Shown here: positions 58,128 to 64,000 of the stretch, in pieces | Layout of the letters: each line of letters starts with the position of its first letter | Numbering within the stretch: the first letter of the stretch is position 1 | DNA from: Clostridiales bacterium | GTDB lineage: Bacteria; Bacillota; Clostridia; Oscillospirales; CAG-272 | Assembly (NCBI GenBank): GCA_022800625.1 | Contig: JAAWQR010000001.1 | Span: 151,786-215,785 of the forward strand | DNA length: 64,000 nucleotides | Reading direction: 5' to 3' | Notes under the pieces: model-generated | Databases searched by the model: none | What the model was told of the DNA's origin: nothing | Seen by the model: only the letters and a program-made list of their open reading frames with translations | Program-made: the position numbers and the translations under genes

Positions 58128-60278
58128 GTGGCAAGCGGTAATATCTCTATTACAAAACTGAATAATATCGGTGAAAGCCGCAGGCGCGCTTTTGAAAAGG
58201 TCGGTGTTGCTACCCTCTTTGATCTTATAAAATATTATCCGAGGGCATATCAAAACAGAGGGTATACTATGACTGTTTCTGAAATCAAGTCAGAGCTGTC
58301 CTCGGGCACAAGAGAGATCTTTTCCGCTGTACTGACCGTAGCAGCAGAACCTCAAATTCGGATGATCAGACGCGGAATGACGCTTGTCAAGCTGCGTCTT
58401 TTCGATGAAAACGGCGCATGTGAGGCCACTTTTTTTAATCAAACATTTCTAAAGGATGTATTCCACACGGGAATGACATTCAGGTTTTGGGGAAAGTTTG
58501 TTTTGTCGGGAGGCAGGCTGACAGTATCGTCGCCTATATATGAACCTGTAATTGAGGGACGCGAGCTGCCTGAGATCGTCCCCGTATATCCGCTGACATC
58601 GGGACTTTCTCAAAAAATAGTTGCTTCCGCCGTATCCGGCGCACTGAAAATTCTGCTGCCCGAAACAGAGGAAATCCTGAGCGGGAAAATACTTGAAAAA
58701 TATTCGCTTCCCACATTGCCGTATGCTGTAAAAAATATTCATTTTCCCGACAGTGAAGAAGCTCTTAACGCCGCAAAACGAAGGCTGATGTTTGATGAAC
58801 TTATAATAACATCTCTTGCACTCGGAATCTCTTCAAAGCACGCAAAATGCACAACAAAATTCGTGTCAAATAATATAGACACATCTCAGTTCAGAAAACT
58901 TCTTCCGTATAAGCTGACAGGAGCACAGGAGCGTGCCTCAAGAGAAATACTCAGTGATATGTCGAGCGGATATGCAATGAACAGAATGCTTACGGGCGAT
59001 GTTGGCTCGGGAAAAACCGTAGTGGCTGCCGAAACTGCTTATGTATCTCTGAAAAACGGATATGACTGTATGCTTATGGCTCCTACCGAAATTCTCGCCG
59101 CTCAGCACTACGGCGATCTTGCTCCTAAGATGAATACGCTCGGATTTGAAACATACCTTTTGACCGGCAGTACGCGTGCCGCAGTAAGGCGTAATATTAT
59201 TACTGCCCTTGCCTCTTCGACTCCCGTGCTTGTCATCGGAACTCACGCTCTTATTTCGGATGACGTTATCTCCGAAAAGCTCGGTCTTATAATTATTGAT
59301 GAGCAGCACCGATTCGGCGCTATGCAGAGAGCCGCACTTGCAGACAAAGCGCCGGATATAAATACGCTTGTTATGAGCGCAACTCCGATACCGAGAACTC
59401 TGTCCCTGATTATGTCGGGCGGTCTTGATGTTTCACAAATTGATGAGCTTCCGAAAGGCCGCCAGACGATTGATACATTTGTGGTAAACGAATCATATCG
59501 CGAACGTCTTAACAGGTTTATTGCAAAAAATGCCGCAGACGGACATCAGATTTATATTGTATGTCCCTCCATCGAAGAATCCCATGAAAAGAAACAGGCG
59601 CGTACAGAAAATCCCGAAGAGATGGCGGACATACTTCTCACAGATGAGCCTGCAGATGAAAAAATTCCCCTGAAGGCTGCAACCGCCTATACTGCTGAAC
59701 TCCGACGTGCACTGCCTGATTTAAGAATAGAATTCGTTCATGGAAAAATGAAATCCTCAGACCGTGATCAAATCATGAAAAGTTTTTGCGGCGGTGAAAT
59801 AGATGTACTTGTTTCCACTACCGTGATCGAAGTCGGAGTAAATGTTCCGAATGCTACGCTTATGATAATTGAAAACGCTGAGAGATTCGGACTGAGCGCA
59901 CTGCATCAGCTGAGAGGGCGCGTAGGGCGCGGAAGCTTCAAATCATATATGATACTCGTATCAGATGCAAAAAGCGATCGTGCAAAGGAACGGCTTAATA
60001 TAATAAAGCATAACAGTAACGGATACAGCATAGCGGAAGAAGATCTGAAGCTCAGAGGTCCGGGGGATCTGTTCGCCGAAAACGGATTTATGCGCCAACA
60101 CGGAGAATCCGCGCTTGCATTAGCCTCAAAATGTACCGATACCGAACTGATTGCGGCTGCAACAGAAGCAGCTGCGGAAATCTTAAGCAGTGATCCGCTT
60201 CTTAATAATCCGAAAAATAATCATTTGAAGCAGCAAATTGAAACTTTTACCCGCAAAGAACGCGGAACTATCAACTGA
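58128..60278 (+). CDS. recG: ATP-dependent DNA helicase RecG
   Basis: GDVGSGKT, DEQHRFG, MSATPIPRTL, HQLRGRVGRG, DL.LRGPG. Confidence 0.97.
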   Translation: MASGNISITKLNNIGESRRRAFEKVGVATLFDLIKYYPRAYQNRGYTMTVSEIKSELSSGTREIFSAVLTVAAEPQIRMIRRGMTLVKLRLFDENGACEATFFNQTFLKDVFHTGMTFRFWGKFVLSGGRLTVSSPIYEPVIEGRELPEIVPVYPLTSGLSQKIVASAVSGALKILLPETEEILSGKILEKYSLPTLPYAVKNIHFPDSEEALNAAKRRLMFDELIITSLALGISSKHAKCTTKFVSNNIDTSQFRKLLPYKLTGAQERASREILSDMSSGYAMNRMLTGDVGSGKTVVAAETAYVSLKNGYDCMLMAPTEILAAQHYGDLAPKMNTLGFETYLLTGSTRAAVRRNIITALASSTPVLVIGTHALISDDVISEKLGLIIIDEQHRFGAMQRAALADKAPDINTLVMSATPIPRTLSLIMSGGLDVSQIDELPKGRQTIDTFVVNESYRERLNRFIAKNAADGHQIYIVCPSIEESHEKKQARTENPEEMADILLTDEPADEKIPLKAATAYTAELRRALPDLRIEFVHGKMKSSDRDQIMKSFCGGEIDVLVSTTVIEVGVNVPNATLMIIENAERFGLSALHQLRGRVGRGSFKSYMILVSDAKSDRAKERLNIIKHNSNGYSIAEEDLKLRGPGDLFAENGFMRQHGESALALASKCTDTELIAAATEAAAEILSSDPLLNNPKNNHLKQQIETFTRKERGTIN

Positions 60279-60289
60279 CAAAACAAATA

Positions 60290-61633
60290 CTAATCTCGCT
60301 TCCCTGCTTTTTTATCAGTAATGCAGTCGCGTAATTCCCGCCTGAGCATAAGCAGTACCGTTACATTTATTACCGTCATTACACCTACTGTAAGATCCGC
60401 CGCGATCCACATCGATGAATCGCTCATAACAGAGCCGTATATTGAAGCTGACACTGCAAGAATTATGTAAACAATATACGGAAACTTTGACTCGGTAAAA
60501 TAACCTATTGCCACCGCACCGTAATAGAGTTGTGCAATGATTGTTGCAAAGGCGAAAAGTATGACGGATACCCCAATTATATAATAAGCTGCATCTCCGA
60601 GAAGTGAGCCGTATGACAGCAAGGTTAGAGGAATACCGTCACTTCCTGACAGGATATTCGGATATTTTATCTGAGCGATAATTATTGCAAAAGCTGTCAT
60701 ACTGCATAAAATAAGCGTATCCGCTATAACCTCAAAAATTCCAAAACAGCCTTGATGATGAGGACTTTTTACATTTGCTCCCGCATGAGCGGACGGAGCA
60801 GTTCCGCACCCTGCTTCATTAGAAAATATACCTCGCGTTATGCCGAATCTTACCGCTTCCTTTATTCCGTATCCTCCGATACCGCCTATAACTGCCGATG
60901 GGGTGAATGCACCCTTTATTATTCTGCTCATTACCTCGGGAATCAAAGAATAATTTCTGAATATTATACTCATAGACAAAAAAATATATATTCCAGACAA
61001 AATCGGTATCAATACAAATGTTACCGAAGATATTTTATCACTGCCGAATATTGCTACCGCTGTAATGCCGAGAGCTAATGCTATACCGATAACATATTTC
61101 GGGATTCCCGAGAACACTGCCGCCGCAGAATTTGACTGCACAATATTTCCGGTAACAAGAGAATTTACAATGCACATCAGTGCAAAAATTCCTCCGAAAA
61201 AAGCAGCGCTTCTCCGTCCTATTTTATTCTTCATACCATCTCTGATGGTATACATTGCGCCGCCGATAAAATTTCCATGTCTGCCTCTCCGTCTGTAGTG
61301 TACGGCGAGAGCGATCTCCGAATATTTTACGCTCATAGATACCAAAGCGCCGATCCACATCCACATTACGGCTCCCGCACCTCCTGCGCAAATTGCAGAA
61401 GCAACTCCCGCCATATTTCCGACGCCGAGAGTTCCGGCAAGCGCTGTTGTCATAGCTTTTGCCGGAGATGTACCGCCTTTTTCAGAGGATTCTGCGAGAG
61501 TCTTGAAAAAAACTTTCGGGCGCAGAATTTTCGGAAGCTTTATTATTGCAGCTGTAATGATACCGCACAGTATCAGCAAAACGGGCATTATCCATCCGTT
61601 TAATATTTCGGTAAAGTCGCTGAATATTCCCAA
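60290..61633 (-). CDS. Alanine/glycine:cation symporter (AGCS)
   Basis: LAGTLGVGN.AGVA, GGAMY, RGIFSNEAG.G, FAFATI. Confidence 0.92.
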   Translation of the reverse strand: MGIFSDFTEILNGWIMPVLLILCGIITAAIIKLPKILRPKVFFKTLAESSEKGGTSPAKAMTTALAGTLGVGNMAGVASAICAGGAGAVMWMWIGALVSMSVKYSEIALAVHYRRRGRHGNFIGGAMYTIRDGMKNKIGRRSAAFFGGIFALMCIVNSLVTGNIVQSNSAAAVFSGIPKYVIGIALALGITAVAIFGSDKISSVTFVLIPILSGIYIFLSMSIIFRNYSLIPEVMSRIIKGAFTPSAVIGGIGGYGIKEAVRFGITRGIFSNEAGCGTAPSAHAGANVKSPHHQGCFGIFEVIADTLILCSMTAFAIIIAQIKYPNILSGSDGIPLTLLSYGSLLGDAAYYIIGVSVILFAFATIIAQLYYGAVAIGYFTESKFPYIVYIILAVSASIYGSVMSDSSMWIAADLTVGVMTVINVTVLLMLRRELRDCITDKKAGKRD

Positions 61634-61659
61634 AGTCTTATCCGCCTGTGATGATTATT

Positions 61660-61705
61660 TCCGAAAAAATACGTGCGCCGAAAACGGCGCACGTATTTTT
61701 TCGGA
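61660..61705. repeat. Perfect 21-bp inverted repeat (terminator-like)
   Basis: TCCGAAAAAATACGTGCGCCG-AAAA-CGGCGCACGTATTTTTTCGGA. Confidence 0.8.
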
Positions 61706-61743
61706 TATTAAATTTTATGCACATATCAGGTGATAAATTCTTT

Positions 61744-63438
61744 TCAAACTGTCATTTTTCTGAGTATATGCCATCCGCTCTCTTCAGAATATACGGCTAT
61801 CACTCCGTCTGAACATGATGAAATATGAGTGTATGCAAAAGGCACGACTATATTCCCCGATGTATCTATCATACCATATCTGCCGTCAGCTGTTCCGATA
61901 ACTGCAAGCCCTTCTGAAAATGCTTCGGCATCGGTATATATAGGCTGTGCGATCCACTTACCGCTGTAATCCATAAATCCGTAAAGACCGTCTCTTTCAA
62001 GAAGTATCATTCCGTCCGAATAAGCTTTAATATCATAGCCTACAGGAGTCGGATAAACATTTCCCGAAGTATCTATAAGAATTTCTTCGCTTGAATAAAC
62101 CTTCTGTGTGTTATTGGTTTCATAATTGGAAAAGTCTATTATCTCGCGTCTTACTCTTACCAGTCCGTGGTCATAATAAAAATATCCTATACTTTCCGGT
62201 CCGTTTGAAATAGGCGGTAAAATATTCTCAATAACGTACCACCCCATATTGTTTCTGTATCTCTTTACCGTATTAAATGCACGCGCCCCGTTCTGCTTTA
62301 TAAAATAAAGTCCGCCGTCCTGATAATATTCTTCCGTCAGAACGCAACCGAGTCCTTCATTGAAATTGTATACTCTGTCAAAATAGCGATCGGAAATAAC
62401 ATTATCATAAAGCTTATAATTCCAATAAGCATCGTGCTCAAATGTTATCTTACCGTCAATATCTTTTTTATAGGTATTACTTTTCTCGGCATACATGCTT
62501 ATCCGTCCGTCTGTGATTCCGTAATACGAGGGATAATCAAAATATAGTCCCCTTCCCTCTGTCATGTCATCATAATCAGCCGCGACAAAAGACGAACCGC
62601 TGAGTCTGTAAAACACCTTTACCTCCTCAGTCACCGGATTACCTTCGCCGAGTTCGTCGATTTTACCCTTGACGATCACAGTTTTATCTTTCTTGTGCGG
62701 TTCTCTGATCCTTATTCTGTCTTCATCATCTCTCGATACACCCTCGCAGTCAAATCTGCCGCTCTCGACAGTTCCCATCTTATAGAACAAAGGATTTCCG
62801 TCTCTGTCTCTTGTATATGCCGGAATATAATTCTCATCACTGAAGCTCGTTATCCTGCGGCCGTCTTTAGAATATATATCGAGACTTTCACCGTTATCTA
62901 TAAACATATATCCCATATATAGCTCTATCGCCGGACGAGCCTGCTCTGTCTCGGTATACTCTGCTGTAAACTTACTGTAGTCGGAAAGCTGCTTATATTC
63001 AAGCTCATATACAGTTCTGTTTCTGACTGAAAACTTATACGGTATATCAAATTCGGGAGTCATTTTGGCTATTATGCAGCTATCGGCAGTATACGGAACA
63101 TTTGTGGTATAATAGCCGTCAGAAGCAAGCAATCCTGCGCCCGGAAATGTAACAGGATCTGAAGACAGCTCCGCTGTATTGCTGACTGTAAGGACAGAGT
63201 TTCCGTGATCTTTTTTTATCTGAGAGAGCAATTCATCGGCATTAAGCTCCGAGCTTACATCTCCGCCTATAAAAATGTTTTTCGGAACCTCCGGCATCAC
63301 CGTAACAGTTTCTTCGGGCGGCGCCTTATCCTCCCGTTTTGTTTGAGATCCGATATAAAATATTGCCGCAGAAGCTGCCGCCGCAAAAACAAGTACTGAC
63401 AATACTCGGGCGAGTTTTACCGAAAAAATTTTTTTCAT
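61744..63438 (-). CDS. Membrane-anchored WG-repeat protein
   Basis: N-terminal TM. C-terminal YGFMDYSG, FSEGLA, YGMIDTSG repeats. Confidence 0.8.
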   Translation of the reverse strand: MKKIFSVKLARVLSVLVFAAAASAAIFYIGSQTKREDKAPPEETVTVMPEVPKNIFIGGDVSSELNADELLSQIKKDHGNSVLTVSNTAELSSDPVTFPGAGLLASDGYYTTNVPYTADSCIIAKMTPEFDIPYKFSVRNRTVYELEYKQLSDYSKFTAEYTETEQARPAIELYMGYMFIDNGESLDIYSKDGRRITSFSDENYIPAYTRDRDGNPLFYKMGTVESGRFDCEGVSRDDEDRIRIREPHKKDKTVIVKGKIDELGEGNPVTEEVKVFYRLSGSSFVAADYDDMTEGRGLYFDYPSYYGITDGRISMYAEKSNTYKKDIDGKITFEHDAYWNYKLYDNVISDRYFDRVYNFNEGLGCVLTEEYYQDGGLYFIKQNGARAFNTVKRYRNNMGWYVIENILPPISNGPESIGYFYYDHGLVRVRREIIDFSNYETNNTQKVYSSEEILIDTSGNVYPTPVGYDIKAYSDGMILLERDGLYGFMDYSGKWIAQPIYTDAEAFSEGLAVIGTADGRYGMIDTSGNIVVPFAYTHISSCSDGVIAVYSEESGWHILRKMTV

Positions 63439-63491
63439 ACAGATCACCACTTTTAATTTTGTATCTCAACTTTGAGATAAGCTCATACAAA

Positions 63492-63974
63492 TTACTTATG
63501 ATATTTTCCGCCGGCGTTTATTTCCGCCGAGCGGTAAATTGCTTCAAAAAGCATAACTCTTGCAAGCTTATGAGGAAATGTCATTCTTGACATTGAAAGT
63601 CGAAGATCGGAAATATTCTTTACACGCTCCGAAAGACCGTGCGATGATCCGATTATGAATGTAACGGACGGATTTCCGTCGGTAGCCGCGCGATCAATAA
63701 CCGCCGCCAATTCTTCAGAGGAAAGCAGCTTACCTTCTATGCACATTGAAATAACGAAAGAGCGCTTCGGTATAGATGCTATAATTCTTTCCGCCTCAAA
63801 ATCCAGGGCTGATCTTATCTGTAATTCCGACGGGGCAGACTGGAGTTTTTCTTCCTTTATTTCAATTTCTGAAACGCGGGAAGCTCCGCCGAGCCGCTTT
63901 TTATATTCATCGACAGCATCACGGAAATATTTTTCTTTGAGTCCTCCCACGGCTATAACCGTAACACTCTGCAT
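63492..63974 (-). CDS. rlmH: 23S rRNA m3Psi1915 methyltransferase
   Basis: IAVG.LKEKY, FIIGSSHG, MTFPH.LARV.L.E.IYR, KYHK. Confidence 0.96.
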   Translation of the reverse strand: MQSVTVIAVGGLKEKYFRDAVDEYKKRLGGASRVSEIEIKEEKLQSAPSELQIRSALDFEAERIIASIPKRSFVISMCIEGKLLSSEELAAVIDRAATDGNPSVTFIIGSSHGLSERVKNISDLRLSMSRMTFPHKLARVMLFEAIYRSAEINAGGKYHK

Positions 63975-64000
63975 TAGTTTTAACCCTCCGCGGTATAATT

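Noticed and set aside
63451-63510. rlmH (orfX) 3' end as an integration hotspot
   Set aside because: The site appears empty. A host-like gene follows within ~55 nt, with no recombinase or direct repeat.
1-64000. Many 60-200 aa antisense or alternate-frame ORFs; CRISPR, rRNA, tRNA, IS
   Set aside because: The ORFs are shadows of well-supported genes. No repeat-spacer array, RNA gene or transposase was recognised by eye.

Overview
Chromosomal window from a low-GC Firmicute, most likely a spore-forming Clostridia (Oscillospirales/Ruminococcaceae-like). The taxonomy is inferred from gene order, pdaA/pdaB and sigmaA/SD style. Most of it is housekeeping: mfd (5' part), pth, DivIVA-like, a Na+-pumping biotin-decarboxylase operon, malic enzyme, HPr, uvrC, rsmD-coaD, Ca2+ P-type ATPase, M16C peptidase, GH95, a Xer-like recombinase, PBP1A, dnaE-whiA-murB, the nusB-xseAB-ispA-tlyA-nadK-argR-recN block, citrate synthase, Rrf2-iscS-iscU-Rrf2, recG and rlmH. 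No rRNA, tRNA, CRISPR array, prophage or intact IS was seen. The best candidate for an undescribed system is the minus-strand cluster at 11237-16054. It encodes an AlgI/DltB-type MBOAT with a C-terminal FLYFNF motif, a membrane-anchored SGNH/DltD-like domain fused to an IcaB/PgaB-like deacetylase, an FkbJ-like ACP, and FkbH. Together these read as a Dlt-like relay exporting glyceryl groups onto a cell-surface glycan. Other signals: a recurrent GC hairpin placed just upstream of GGAGA Shine-Dalgarno sites, an Frpo/sso-like hairpin promoter ahead of an AT-rich kinase cassette, a collapsed pseudogene, a structured pth leader and a shortened WhiA. All family assignments come from motif recognition; no database searches were run.
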